Assembly (NCBI GenBank): GCA_965277285.1
Contig: OZ255721.1
Span: forward strand, 3,648,001 to 3,712,000
Direction of reading: 5' to 3'
From: Abditibacteriaceae bacterium
Lineage (GTDB): Bacteria > Armatimonadota > Abditibacteriia > Abditibacteriales > Abditibacteriaceae
DNA length: 64,000 bases
Shown: positions 39,549-49,451 of the stretch, piece after piece
How positions within the stretch are numbered: position 1 is the stretch's first letter
Layout of the letters: each line of letters begins with the position of its first letter
The notes under the pieces: generated by a model
The model's input: only the letters and a program-made list of their open reading frames with translations
Told to the model about the DNA's origin: nothing
Database searches by the model: none
Program-made: the position numbers and the translations under genes

Positions 39549-40295
39549 ATGAAACTGAGTGTGTTGATGCCGGTGTGGAACGAGGGCGCGACGTTGCTCG
39601 AAATCTTGGAGCAAGTGCGCGCCGTGCCAGTCGAAAAAGAAATCATTCTGGTTGATGACGGTTCGACCGACGGAACGCGCGAACTCTTGCAATCTCTCAT
39701 CGACGATGGTCGCGCTTGTGGCGAAAGCGCGCAAGGCGAAACTGGCGACTCCGAGGTACGCGTTGTTTTTCAGGAACATGGCGGCAAAGGCGTGGCGGTG
39801 CGGCGTGCTTTGGGTTTGGCGCGCGGCGAATGGACGATTGTGCAGGACGCCGATTTGGAATATGACCCGCACGATTTTTTGAAGTTGCTGGCGTTCGCTG
39901 AAAAGAAACGAAACCGTTGTCAGTGCGTCTTTGGAACGCGCTTGCTCAAAGGCAGTCCGTCGCGCGCGAATCAGGCGAAAAACAGCCGCACTTCGTTTTA
40001 CTACGGGCGCATCGGGCTTTCGATCTGGTTTCGCATTTTGTATGGCGCGCCCGTCAGCGATGTAGCGACGTGCTACAAAATGGTGCGCCGCGAACTGCTG
40101 CAAAGCCTCGATTTGCAAGGCCACGGTTTTGAACTCGACTTTGAAATCGCCGCGAAAGTGGCGCGGCGCGGCCATCGTATCTGGGAAGTGCCCGTTTATT
40201 ATCAACCGCGCAGCGTTTTGGAAGGCAAGAAGATCAAAGCCGTGCGAGACGGAATTCGCGCCGCCTGGACATTGTTGAAACTGCGCTTTGTGTGA
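39549..40295 (+). CDS. GT2 polyprenyl-phosphate glycosyltransferase (DPM-synthase-like)
   Basis: LSVLMPVWNE, VDDGSTDGT, GKG.A, QDADLEYDP, D..TCYK, EVPV.Y.PR...EGKKI. Confidence 0.9.
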   Translation: MKLSVLMPVWNEGATLLEILEQVRAVPVEKEIILVDDGSTDGTRELLQSLIDDGRACGESAQGETGDSEVRVVFQEHGGKGVAVRRALGLARGEWTIVQDADLEYDPHDFLKLLAFAEKKRNRCQCVFGTRLLKGSPSRANQAKNSRTSFYYGRIGLSIWFRILYGAPVSDVATCYKMVRRELLQSLDLQGHGFELDFEIAAKVARRGHRIWEVPVYYQPRSVLEGKKIKAVRDGIRAAWTLLKLRFV

Positions 40296-40308
40296 AGTTC
40301 GGCTCAAG

Positions 40309-40389
40309 AACCCGAAGCGTAAGCGACGGGTGTGGCGTAAGAGTGCGAGATTTCTTTTACTTTTTACCCATCGCTTACGCTTCGGGTTC
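40309..40389. repeat. REP doublet, AACCCGAAGCGTAAGCGA family
   Basis: aacccgaagcgtaagcgacgggt ... acccatcgcttacgcttcgggtt. Confidence 0.85.
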
Positions 40390-40459
40390 TTTGGTCTGGA
40401 TGCAGCAACGCGTTGTAGGCGCGGTTTCTGATTTCGAGTACTCGATTGTGGTGAAACCT

Positions 40460-40618
40460 ATGGCGAAACGTCAATCTCTCAAAGGCTGGCTCAAACAGCC
40501 CGATAATCGTTTCAAGATAAATGTTTGCCTGAGTATTTTCGTTCTTATTGTGATTGGCACGGGAGCAGTTAACCTACTCCTGGCATATCTGCTTTTTCTT
40601 TTTGGCATCGAGTTGTAA
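40460..40618 (+). CDS. Small hypothetical membrane protein
   Basis: 52-aa ORF with a long hydrophobic stretch. Confidence 0.4.
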   Translation: MAKRQSLKGWLKQPDNRFKINVCLSIFVLIVIGTGAVNLLLAYLLFLFGIEL

Positions 40619-40634
40619 TTGTGCAGGCCTTTTA

Positions 40635-42704
40635 ATGATTTTTTCGCGGCGCGTAGCGCTTGGAACCTTGTGCAGCCTGCTCGCTTTAGCGGGTTGTCAT
40701 CAGCCGTCGGCGACCGATGTGGTGCGCGAGCGCGTGCAGAACGCGGTCGAGAAAAACAAAGATGCCATCCAGGATTTCGGCACGCTCGTCACCAAGAATT
40801 CCAAACTCACCGGCAACGACGCGCAAGGCCGTCCTTTGTGGAGTTTGCAATTCAAGCTGGGGCAAATTCACAACGAAAGCGACGCCAATTCCAATGCGAC
40901 GCGTCATGGCGATTTGCAAAACGCGCACGCCACGTTGTACCGCGACGGCAAACCAGAAACGACCTTCAGCGCCCAGAAGATCAAGTTCTCCGATTCGCCG
41001 CACGGCTTGCTGATGACGCTCAGCGACGGCGTGCAGGCAACGACACAACCAAGCGCGCTGACCAACGCCAAACCAAACGCCAAACCCGACGCGAAATCGA
41101 GTACTCGAAGCGCGACATTGCCCGTTCAGACGTTGCCGGTTCAAATGAAAACCGCGCAACTGCAGATTGATGTCGGGGCGCGGCATTTAAGTTCCGACTC
41201 GCTGGTCACGATGACGCAAGGACAAACGGTCGTCGTCGCGCAAAAAATGACGGCGGACACGTCTTTAGCCGTCGCGCACGCCACGAATGGCGTGGTTGCG
41301 ACAAGCCCGCAAGGTCGCATCACGGCGCAAAACGCGGTCTGGTCGTGGGGCAAAGGTCGCGCGCAGGCGACGGGAAATGTCACGATTTCGCACAACCAAA
41401 CGCAGCTCGTCGGGCAAACTTTAGATGCTGATTCCACTGGCGGGCGTGGCGCCTTGAGCGGAAAAAATGGCGTGACGGCGACTTCGCCGCAGGGCGCGGC
41501 CAAAGCGGATCGAGTACTCTACAATTGGAATGCGGGGCGCGTTTCCGCTGTCGGCGGCGTCACGATGCAGAAAGAAGGTTCGACGTTGCGCGCGTCGCAG
41601 ATCGATTCCGACGACAAATTGAACGCCGCGACTGCCAGCGGCGAAGTCGTGCTGACGCGCGGCGACGCGACGGTTCGTGCGACGCACTTGCAAGCCTTCG
41701 ATAAAATGACGCGCGTAGTTGCGACAAATGGCACGACCGTTCAGCGTCCCGGAGAAACGCTCAACGCCGACAACGCGACCGTCTGGTTGAATGAAAAACG
41801 CGCGACGGCCAACGGCAATGTGAGCTTGACGCGCGCCGATGGTACCTTGACCGCGAATCGCGCCGATTACGATTCGGCGTCCGCTTATGCGACCGCAAGC
41901 GGCGATGTCGTGATCCGTCATCAGGGTGCCACGCTCAAAGCCGATCACGCCGAATACTGGACGCAAAGCGGTCGCGCGATTGGAACTGGAAACGTTTCTC
42001 TGCTGCGCCGCGATGTCACGGTGGACGCCAATCGCGTCGAAGCCGAAAACGTTTCCGACCAGAACAAAACGCAAATCGTGGCGACCGGCGATGTCCACGC
42101 GCGCGCCAATCAAGGCACGATTCGCGGGCAGCGCGTGACGTGGAACAATCGCGGCGCGGTGGCGACGGGCGATGTCACTTTGCAGCGCAGCGGCAACACT
42201 TTGCGCGGGCAGCGTTTGGAAACTGATGCGCAATTCAACAGCGCGACCTTGAGCGGCGGCGTCAGCGGCGACTTGAGCAGCGGCGGCACGTTTTCGGGCA
42301 ACGCGATGCACTGGGTTCGCGTACTCGATGGACGAATTTTGCCGCAGAACGGGCGCGTCACGGCGCGTGGCGGCGTGGAAATGCGGCGTCAAGGCGTAGT
42401 TTTGCGCGCCCCGGATTTGGATGCGTCGGGCGATGGGAAAAACGTGCTGATGTCGGGCGGCGTGGTTGCGACCGGCAAAGATGGTGCGGAAGTGCGTTCG
42501 CAGACAGCGCGTTACGATGCGTCGCGCCAAACGATTGTCGCGCAGGGCGATGTCTGGTACAAAGACGCTGGCGGCAATCGCTTGCATGGCACCAATCTGG
42601 TGGCGCGCCTGGTTGGAAACACCTTCAAGGACGCGACTCTGGACAACGTGCGCGGCAAAGGTCATTCTCAGATTTTTAGCGGCAAAACTTTGTTCGGCGA
42701 TTGA
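40635..42704 (+). CDS. Large LptC/LptA(OstA)-like beta-jellyroll repeat lipoprotein
   Basis: Lipobox LAGC; many L.AD...Y......A.A.G.V repeats; upstream of lptB. Confidence 0.75.
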   Translation: MIFSRRVALGTLCSLLALAGCHQPSATDVVRERVQNAVEKNKDAIQDFGTLVTKNSKLTGNDAQGRPLWSLQFKLGQIHNESDANSNATRHGDLQNAHATLYRDGKPETTFSAQKIKFSDSPHGLLMTLSDGVQATTQPSALTNAKPNAKPDAKSSTRSATLPVQTLPVQMKTAQLQIDVGARHLSSDSLVTMTQGQTVVVAQKMTADTSLAVAHATNGVVATSPQGRITAQNAVWSWGKGRAQATGNVTISHNQTQLVGQTLDADSTGGRGALSGKNGVTATSPQGAAKADRVLYNWNAGRVSAVGGVTMQKEGSTLRASQIDSDDKLNAATASGEVVLTRGDATVRATHLQAFDKMTRVVATNGTTVQRPGETLNADNATVWLNEKRATANGNVSLTRADGTLTANRADYDSASAYATASGDVVIRHQGATLKADHAEYWTQSGRAIGTGNVSLLRRDVTVDANRVEAENVSDQNKTQIVATGDVHARANQGTIRGQRVTWNNRGAVATGDVTLQRSGNTLRGQRLETDAQFNSATLSGGVSGDLSSGGTFSGNAMHWVRVLDGRILPQNGRVTARGGVEMRRQGVVLRAPDLDASGDGKNVLMSGGVVATGKDGAEVRSQTARYDASRQTIVAQGDVWYKDAGGNRLHGTNLVARLVGNTFKDATLDNVRGKGHSQIFSGKTLFGD

Positions 42705-42710
42705 AAATCG

Positions 42711-42778
42711 TGTAGGGGCGTCAGCTTGCTGCGCCCAACGTTTCACAAACACGGGCGCAGCAAGCTGACGCCCCTACG
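42711..42778. repeat. GTAG-type REP doublet
   Basis: gtaggggcgtcagcttgctgcgccc ... gggcgcagcaagctgacgcccctac. Confidence 0.85.
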
Positions 42779-42805
42779 ATAACGTTTGAACTTAGGAAAA
42801 CGATC

Positions 42806-43975
42806 ATGCAATTGAAAAATAGGAAACATCCGCGCGCGACTTTGCGAACCATCAATCGAGTACTCGAATCGGCGCTGTGGAGCGGCGCTTTGTTGCTTTC
42901 GCTGAGTGTTGCGGCGCACACTCAACCTACGGCGCGCGCTGGCTTCGATTTCGGCGGCAAAAAATTCTCGAAGCGCGACAATGGTGTGCGATTAGACGGC
43001 GATGCTTATATCAAATCGCCGCAATTGGACGCACGTGCCAACACCATCGCCTTCGATTTCGAGGGTCGTCAGGTCACTTCGGTGCGCGCCGTTGGTGGCG
43101 TCAATTTGAAGATTAACATGGTGCCGCGCGGTGGCGGCGCTCCGGCGCGCATCGAAACCACCAGCGACAACGCCAGCCTCGATCCGGTCAATCGCGTTCT
43201 AATTTTGACGGGCAATGTCGATGGTTTTTACCAATTGCAGGGCGGCGCCAGAAACACCTTGAAAGGCAGCAAAGCGACCATCAATTATTCGGTGGCGAAA
43301 CAATTTTCGGCCAATGTCGAAGGCGGTAGCGGCGGCGTGCAACTCGTTATTCCTGCGCCGGAAACGCCTGCGGGAACGACGCAGCAAATCGGCGCCATTA
43401 CAGTTACGGGACAAAACCTAAACGTGGACAGCGCGCAATCGACGGCGGTTGTGACGGGCAACGCGCACGCATTTTCGACGGGCGGCGCCACGCGCTTTGA
43501 TTTTACCGGCCCTAATTTCACTGTCACGCGCGAAGCCGCGACTGGCGCGATGACCAATCTTCGCTCCAGCGGACGCTCGTTGCTCAAAGTGAATTTGCCC
43601 GTCGCGCCTGTCAGTACAACAACGGCAACGCCAGTCGCGCCCACGACTTCGAGTACTGGAAACGTTGTGGGGACGAACAATCCGGGTCGCCCGACTTATC
43701 TCGAAGTGGCGGGCGATGCCGTTACGATCAACGTGGCGCGCGATGCGAGCGGCGCGATGCAATTGAGCACGTTGACTTTCGACGGCAACGTCACCGGTTT
43801 TTATCGCCTGCAAACGCCGGACGGCAAAACGACCGACAACCGTTTTACGGGCGATCATGCGGTTATCCAAAACGTCGGAAGCAGCGCAAGTGGTGCATCG
43901 AACGCCGCCAATTTCCAGATCGAAGTGACGGGCGCGCCAGTCAATATCCAAACGCCGTTTGAACTGGGCTTTTAA
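42806..43975 (+). CDS. LptA/OstA-like exported protein
   Basis: Signal peptide, beta-rich LILTGNV-type repeats, immediately before lptB. Confidence 0.6.
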   Translation: MQLKNRKHPRATLRTINRVLESALWSGALLLSLSVAAHTQPTARAGFDFGGKKFSKRDNGVRLDGDAYIKSPQLDARANTIAFDFEGRQVTSVRAVGGVNLKINMVPRGGGAPARIETTSDNASLDPVNRVLILTGNVDGFYQLQGGARNTLKGSKATINYSVAKQFSANVEGGSGGVQLVIPAPETPAGTTQQIGAITVTGQNLNVDSAQSTAVVTGNAHAFSTGGATRFDFTGPNFTVTREAATGAMTNLRSSGRSLLKVNLPVAPVSTTTATPVAPTTSSTGNVVGTNNPGRPTYLEVAGDAVTINVARDASGAMQLSTLTFDGNVTGFYRLQTPDGKTTDNRFTGDHAVIQNVGSSASGASNAANFQIEVTGAPVNIQTPFELGF

Positions 43976-43994
43976 GCCCAAACTCGATGAGATT

Positions 43995-44063
43995 GTAGGG
44001 GCTTAGCGTGCCAAGCCCTTGTCTCGATGCGGCGCTGCGGGCTTGGCACGCCAAGCCCCTACA
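43995..44063. repeat. GTAG-type REP doublet
   Basis: gtaggggcttagcgtgccaagccc ... gggcttggcacgccaagcccctac. Confidence 0.85.
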
Positions 44064-44103
44064 CAACGCGCGCGGTTAGTTAAGGTGTCGGCCACTGGAA
44101 ATT

Positions 44104-44991
44104 ATGAACATCATGCCCGATTCTTCGGCCACTCAAAACGATTCTCTGAGCGCGCCCGCGAGCGATTCCGCAAACGCGAGCGCGAGCGTTCCAGTACTCG
44201 ATGCGGCGCGCAAAGTTGCGGTGGAAATTCGCGGGCCGGAATTTATTACGGCGCGCGGGCTGCAAAAAAGTTACGGCGGGCGCATGGTTGTCAACGGCGT
44301 GGACATCGAAGTTCGTCGCGGCGAAGTCGTCGGACTTTTGGGGCCAAACGGCGCTGGCAAAACAACTTCGTTTTATATGATTATGGGTTTGGTGCGCCCC
44401 AATGCGGGTGTCGTGCGCTTGGGCGACAAAAACATCACGCACTGGCCGATGCACAAGCGCGCGCGTGCAGGAATTGGTTATCTGGCGCAGGAACCATCGG
44501 TTTTTCGCCAGTTGAGCGTGGAAGACAACATCCGCGCCGTCCTGGAATTGATGCCGCTTTCGCCAGCACAGCAGGCCGAACGCTTGGAAGAATTATTGGA
44601 TGACCTCGATTTGACGGAGCGCCGCCGTTCGCGCGGCTTGTCTTTGTCGGGCGGCGAGCGACGACGCACAGAAATCGCGCGCACATTGGCGCGTGATCCG
44701 GCTTTTATTTTGTTGGACGAACCTTTCACGGGCGTTGATCCGATTGCGCGGCGCGACATCCAGCGCACGGTGATTCGCTTGAAACATCGCGGCATTGGCA
44801 TTTTGATTACCGACCAGAACGAACGCGATACACTGGACATCGTGGATCGTGGCTACATCGTCAGCGGCGGCCAGATTTTGACGCAGGGCACGGCGGATGA
44901 ATTGTTGCAAGACGAGCAAGCGCGCGCTGTTTATTTTGGCGAACGCTTCGAGCGACCTTTCAATTCTTCCGAACCCTCTGAACCTTCCTGA
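44104..44991 (+). CDS. lptB: LPS export ABC ATPase LptB
   Basis: GLLGPNGAGKTTSFYMI, GIGYLAQEPSVF, LSGGERRR.EIAR, DEPFTGVDPI. Confidence 0.93.
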   Translation: MNIMPDSSATQNDSLSAPASDSANASASVPVLDAARKVAVEIRGPEFITARGLQKSYGGRMVVNGVDIEVRRGEVVGLLGPNGAGKTTSFYMIMGLVRPNAGVVRLGDKNITHWPMHKRARAGIGYLAQEPSVFRQLSVEDNIRAVLELMPLSPAQQAERLEELLDDLDLTERRRSRGLSLSGGERRRTEIARTLARDPAFILLDEPFTGVDPIARRDIQRTVIRLKHRGIGILITDQNERDTLDIVDRGYIVSGGQILTQGTADELLQDEQARAVYFGERFERPFNSSEPSEPS

Positions 44992-45052
44992 CGATCCTGC
45001 AAACGCGATTCGAGTACTCGAATTATGATCTCGGCTTCTTTTTCTCCGCGCG

Positions 45053-46747
45053 ATGTTCAAGTATCAAACCATCATTATTCTGTTGCTCGTGCTGGGCGCG
45101 GCGACGTGTTTCATCGCCTATATGTCTGACCAGTTGGGCATGAAGCTGGGCAAAAAGCGCATTTCTCTGAATGTCGGGCGTTTCAGTTTGCGTCCGCGCC
45201 AGACGGCGACCGCGCTGTCGATGGCTTCCAGCCTGGCCGTGATGATCGTGACGATGCTGGTGCTTTTGGCGATTAATCCGTCGCTGCGCCAAGGCTTGCT
45301 TTATTACGATGAAGCGCGCCGCGAAAACGCGCGGCTGAGCGGTCTCAATGCAGAACTCAAAACTCAATCCGATCAGCAAAGCAACGCGATCAAAAAGCAA
45401 ACGCAATCCAATCAACAGCTCGAAAATTCGTTGCGCGGCAAAAACCTGCAACTCGTCGGCTTGAACAATCGCGTCAGCCAAACGCAGCAACAAGTCAACG
45501 CCGCGCAACAGCAATTGGACGCGGCGCAACACAATTTACATAGTGCGCAATCCGAACGCGAAGCGGCACAACACGCGCGTGACGCCGCTCAGTCGGCGCG
45601 CGATGCGGCGCAAGCGGCGCAGAATCGGGCGCAAGCCGGACAGCAGCAAGCGCGTCAGGGTGAAGCGCAGGCGCGCGCCGGTTTCCAAGAAGCTCAGTCG
45701 CGTTTTCAAGCGGCGCAAGCGCGCTTTGTGCAGGCGCAGCAACAGGAAAAAATCGCGCGGCAACGTGTTACGACCGCGCGCACGGAGTTGCATAGCGCCA
45801 ACGCGCAGCTTTCGAGTACTCAATCAAAATTGGCGAATGCGCGCGTTCTTCTCAACGCAGCGAAGCAGCAAACGGCGACGGCTCAACGTCAAGCCGCCAA
45901 TGCGCAACGCCAGACTTTGGATGCGCAACGACAAACAGCGGAAACCATGCGCCTGAAAGCCAATGCCAATGCTCAACTGGCGATAGCCGCTCAGAACTTG
46001 AGCATCGCCAAAGGTGTTTTGTCGGGCGAGATCAAAGTCATTGTTCCCGCCGGTCAAGTTTTTAGCGCCGCGACCATTCCCGCGCAAACCAACTCCGCGC
46101 AAGTTTTGGATATTTTGCATAAATTGCTCGCGCAAGCCGCACAAAACGCCAGGGCAATGAATTTTCAGTCGATCAATCTGGACATGACTTCCTTCCGCCA
46201 GGACGATCCAATTGCGGACTTGAGCGAAGAACAACAATTGAAGTTGGCGGCGGACGTTTATGCGGCTCAAACGCCTATTTCAGTGCGAATCGTCGCCGCG
46301 CGCGATCATCCTGAAGGCGAAACCGAGCTTGTGGTGCGACCTTTTGGCGTCGAGGTGCATTCGGCTTTCACGTCCGGCGAAGTCATTGCTCAGACCACCA
46401 TTAACGGAAGTCAAAGCGGTGCGCAAGGCGATGCGCAAGTTTTTAATCGCTTGCTCAGCTTGCTCGATGAAGGTCAGAAAGTCGCGGCAGCACGCGGCGT
46501 GGCGCCGATTCCTTCCACAGCGGAACCCAATATCTATGCTTCTGATACGCGATTGAGCATCTTCCAAGCGCTGCGCCAGATCCAGCAAAAAGGTGGCGAA
46601 GTTCCGGTTCGTCTGGTCGCTGCAACTGCACTTTCCACGATTGAACCTGTTCATATACGCATCGAAGTCGGCGATGCAACTTCAACTTCCGATGCGACAC
46701 CAGGCATAACGCCAGACAAGGTTTCCGGCGCGCCACAGAAAACCTGA
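45053..46747 (+). CDS. DUF3084 family membrane-anchored coiled-coil protein
   Basis: IAY..D.LG.KLGKKRISL....LRPRQTA N-terminus, long Q/A coiled coil. Confidence 0.85.
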   Translation: MFKYQTIIILLLVLGAATCFIAYMSDQLGMKLGKKRISLNVGRFSLRPRQTATALSMASSLAVMIVTMLVLLAINPSLRQGLLYYDEARRENARLSGLNAELKTQSDQQSNAIKKQTQSNQQLENSLRGKNLQLVGLNNRVSQTQQQVNAAQQQLDAAQHNLHSAQSEREAAQHARDAAQSARDAAQAAQNRAQAGQQQARQGEAQARAGFQEAQSRFQAAQARFVQAQQQEKIARQRVTTARTELHSANAQLSSTQSKLANARVLLNAAKQQTATAQRQAANAQRQTLDAQRQTAETMRLKANANAQLAIAAQNLSIAKGVLSGEIKVIVPAGQVFSAATIPAQTNSAQVLDILHKLLAQAAQNARAMNFQSINLDMTSFRQDDPIADLSEEQQLKLAADVYAAQTPISVRIVAARDHPEGETELVVRPFGVEVHSAFTSGEVIAQTTINGSQSGAQGDAQVFNRLLSLLDEGQKVAAARGVAPIPSTAEPNIYASDTRLSIFQALRQIQQKGGEVPVRLVAATALSTIEPVHIRIEVGDATSTSDATPGITPDKVSGAPQKT

Positions 46748-46788
46748 AACCGTTTTGAAAAGCGCGGCTTGAAGTCTTTAATTTCCAA

Positions 46789-47241
46789 ATGACCGAAAAA
46801 TCCAGCGATTCTACCAAAAGTCAAAGCGCGGCGTTGGTGATTGCAATTGATCCGGGGCGCGACAAATGCGGCGTCGCGGTCGTCGCATTTGCGCCATTTC
46901 GAGTACTCGAACGCCAGATCGTGCCGCGCAAAACGGTTGTTTCTCATCTGGAAACCTTGACCGCGCGCTTTCCCGACGCGATTTTTGTGTTGGGACACGC
47001 GACGACATCGCAAACCTTGAAAGCCGAAATGGAGACGCGTTTTCCCGCTTTGGCTTTGCATGAGCAGGACGAAACTGGCTCGACACTGGAAGCGCGCGAT
47101 CTTTACTGGAAAGAAAAACCGCCGCGTGGTTGGCGCCGCATGTGGCCTTTGTCGCTGCAAATGCCACCCGAACCCGTCGATGATTTTGCGGCCATCGTGT
47201 TGGCGCAACGCTTCCTGAAACGAGACGAACCCCAAGCGTAA
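46789..47241 (+). CDS. YqgF/RuvX-like RNase H-fold nuclease
   Basis: IAIDPGRDKCGVA, DE..STLEAR.LYW, P.PVDDFAA. Confidence 0.85.
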   Translation: MTEKSSDSTKSQSAALVIAIDPGRDKCGVAVVAFAPFRVLERQIVPRKTVVSHLETLTARFPDAIFVLGHATTSQTLKAEMETRFPALALHEQDETGSTLEARDLYWKEKPPRGWRRMWPLSLQMPPEPVDDFAAIVLAQRFLKRDEPQA

Positions 47242-47383
47242 ATGGCAGACTTTCAAATATCGCAAGCTACGGTGAAAGTCATAGACATTTGGAGGTAACG
47301 AACCCTGAGCGTCAGCGACGGGTGGAACATCAAGCGACAACGAACACTTACTTTCCACCCGTCGCTTACGCTTGGGGTTCGTT
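47225..47383. repeat. AACCC..AGCGT REP cluster between convergent genes
   Basis: acgaaccccaagcgtaa, aacgaaccctgagcgtcagcgacgggtggaa, ttccacccgtcgcttacgcttggggttcgtt. Confidence 0.75.
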
Positions 47384-49318
47384 GGATGGAATAGCAGTGT
47401 TTTGTGGACGCGATTTCTTGCCGATCAAGCGCTGGAGTTGCCGATGCGTTGCGAGTAGGAGAACTGCGCTGAACGTCGAAACCGTCAGCGCGAAGGCAAG
47501 CGCCATGTTGGTGGCCGTGTCGCCTTCGCCATAATTCATCCCCATGCGGTTGGCGGTGTCGAACATTTCGGCCATAGCGACGACGGGATGCCACAACTTC
47601 AAAAAGTCGTTGATAGTGCGCGTCGAGCCATAATTGCGGCTGCTGTCCGCGACGATGTAGAGCAGGGCGGGAACCGCGATATAAGCGAACAGCAGCGAGC
47701 CGATTGTCCACACCACGGCTGGCCAAACGCGCTTGAGATGCGCCGACCAGAACAAACCCCAGCACAGCAAAACCCACGATGCGCTGGCTGCAATAACCAG
47801 CGTGCCGAAAAACAAATCAGGCGTGACTTTCGAGTACGAACTGGAAGAGGCGAGCACGCCCTCAATGCAGAATATTGTCGGCGCCCATAAAACCGCGCCT
47901 ATCAGCAACGCCACGCCGAACGGTGGCAGCAATTTCCCCCACAAAATCTGCGACGGCGACAGCAGCGAAAGTTGGATGCCTTCCCAGGTTCCGCCTTCGT
48001 GTTCGCGCGTGAAAGCCAAAGCGCCTTGCACGCACGAAAAGCACAGCATAATCAGCAGCGCGATGATGGTGATCACGCTCCACGTATCGACCGAGCGTCC
48101 GGCGGGATCGTTAATCAAACGTCCCATCGCCCATAAGCACAAAAGCGCGGTACCCAGAGCGACCAGGCGTGTTGCGATTTGCGAACGTCGCGCGACACGA
48201 CGCCAACGTGCGCGACGCCGCACTTCGCGCTCCAGCATCGGATTCGTCGAACGAAAACGCGCCAGCCAATTCCACTGCCACCACAACGAATCGCTTTGCC
48301 GATTGGAAAGCACATCGCGTTGCAGCAGCGAATTTGGCGCAACGCCTTTCGCAGCAGCCGCATTCGAGTACTCGATAGTGGAATTTGCACGCCGCAAGAA
48401 GCGTCGTTTCCTGGTTGGCGATAAAACATCTTCCGCTGCGTCTGCGAAGGGTTTGCTCAAAGTTCGCGCGGCGAAAATCCACAACAAAAGCGCGGCGACA
48501 ATTTGAAACGCGACGTTGAGAATCCAGTCGGGAACGTCCACGCCGACATAAGTGAGCATCCATGATGAGGACAGCGAAGAACTGCTGACGTTCACCATGT
48601 CGTAAAGAAAAACCAGCAGCGGATCGGTGCGCCACACGAAATCGAGAGGTGCTGCGTACAACAAATCAGTTTTGGAGGAAAACGGCGCGGCGTAAGCCCA
48701 TGGCGAGCGCGATTCGTGCGCGACCATCACCAGAAACGTGAGCAACGCCCAGCCGATGACGACCGCGAAGGTCGAAGTCATGGCGCTCGTGGCGCGTCGT
48801 CCTCGCGCTGAAGCCCACAAACCCAGACACATTCCGCAGCAGACCGTCGCTATTTGCAACGCCAGAGCAACGCCAAATTCTCCGGGCGAAACGCCGCCCA
48901 GCAAAAAACAAAGCGCCGTCACGGGGAGCGGCGCGAACATCAACAAAATTACCACCAAGGACGCGGAACCTAATTTCCCCGTGCAAATACGCCATGCCGA
49001 AAGCGGCGTCAATTGCAACAATTCGAGCAAGCCGTGTTCGCGCTCGCCTGCGATGGAAGTCGCGGTCAAAGCCGGGCCGATCAACATCCACGCCACGATT
49101 TGCAAGCCGGACAACATCAGGAAAAGGTTGTGCCCGACGCGCGCCATATCGCCCGCCACCGAACTCGTGTCGGACGAAATCGAAGACGATGCGTAAACGA
49201 TGCCCGCCGTGACCGCCAGCAACGTCACATAACCAAACACCAGCACCATGCTGCGCCCGCCACGCCAGCGCGCCCGCAGTTCGCGTGTCACAATCGGGTT
49301 GATGATGAGAGAAGTCAT
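47366..49318 (-). CDS. ABC-2-type permease-like membrane protein with a duplicated domain
   Basis: NPIVTRELR, TSIAGERE.G.LELL.LTPL, GGVSP; second copy NPMLEREVR...FTREHE.GTWE...LS; start placed downstream of a REP. Confidence 0.8.
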   Translation of the reverse strand: MTSLIINPIVTRELRARWRGGRSMVLVFGYVTLLAVTAGIVYASSSISSDTSSVAGDMARVGHNLFLMLSGLQIVAWMLIGPALTATSIAGEREHGLLELLQLTPLSAWRICTGKLGSASLVVILLMFAPLPVTALCFLLGGVSPGEFGVALALQIATVCCGMCLGLWASARGRRATSAMTSTFAVVIGWALLTFLVMVAHESRSPWAYAAPFSSKTDLLYAAPLDFVWRTDPLLVFLYDMVNVSSSSLSSSWMLTYVGVDVPDWILNVAFQIVAALLLWIFAARTLSKPFADAAEDVLSPTRKRRFLRRANSTIEYSNAAAAKGVAPNSLLQRDVLSNRQSDSLWWQWNWLARFRSTNPMLEREVRRRARWRRVARRSQIATRLVALGTALLCLWAMGRLINDPAGRSVDTWSVITIIALLIMLCFSCVQGALAFTREHEGGTWEGIQLSLLSPSQILWGKLLPPFGVALLIGAVLWAPTIFCIEGVLASSSSYSKVTPDLFFGTLVIAASASWVLLCWGLFWSAHLKRVWPAVVWTIGSLLFAYIAVPALLYIVADSSRNYGSTRTINDFLKLWHPVVAMAEMFDTANRMGMNYGEGDTATNMALAFALTVSTFSAVLLLATHRQLQRLIGKKSRPQNTAIPSNEPQA

Positions 49319-49337
49319 GGCAGTGGATAATCGACTT

Positions 49338-49443
49338 TGTAGGGTCGCGCGGCGTGCGTCCTCGTTCAGCGCCTCGTTCGACACACCTTTGAATGCGCAA
49401 TTAAAACTGATTGCAAAGGGTGCGCGCGCCGTGCGACCCTACA
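49338..49443. repeat. GTAG-type REP doublet
   Basis: tgtagggtcgcgcggcgtgcg ... gcgcgcgccgtgcgaccctaca. Confidence 0.75.
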
Positions 49444-49451
49444 AAACCAGG

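Noticed and set aside
41421..42752. Long antisense or alternate-frame ORFs (e.g. 41421-42752, 29461-30489, 31267-32223, 39489-40307, 60911-61837)
   Set aside because: Shadows of well-supported genes in GC-rich DNA with no recognisable motifs.
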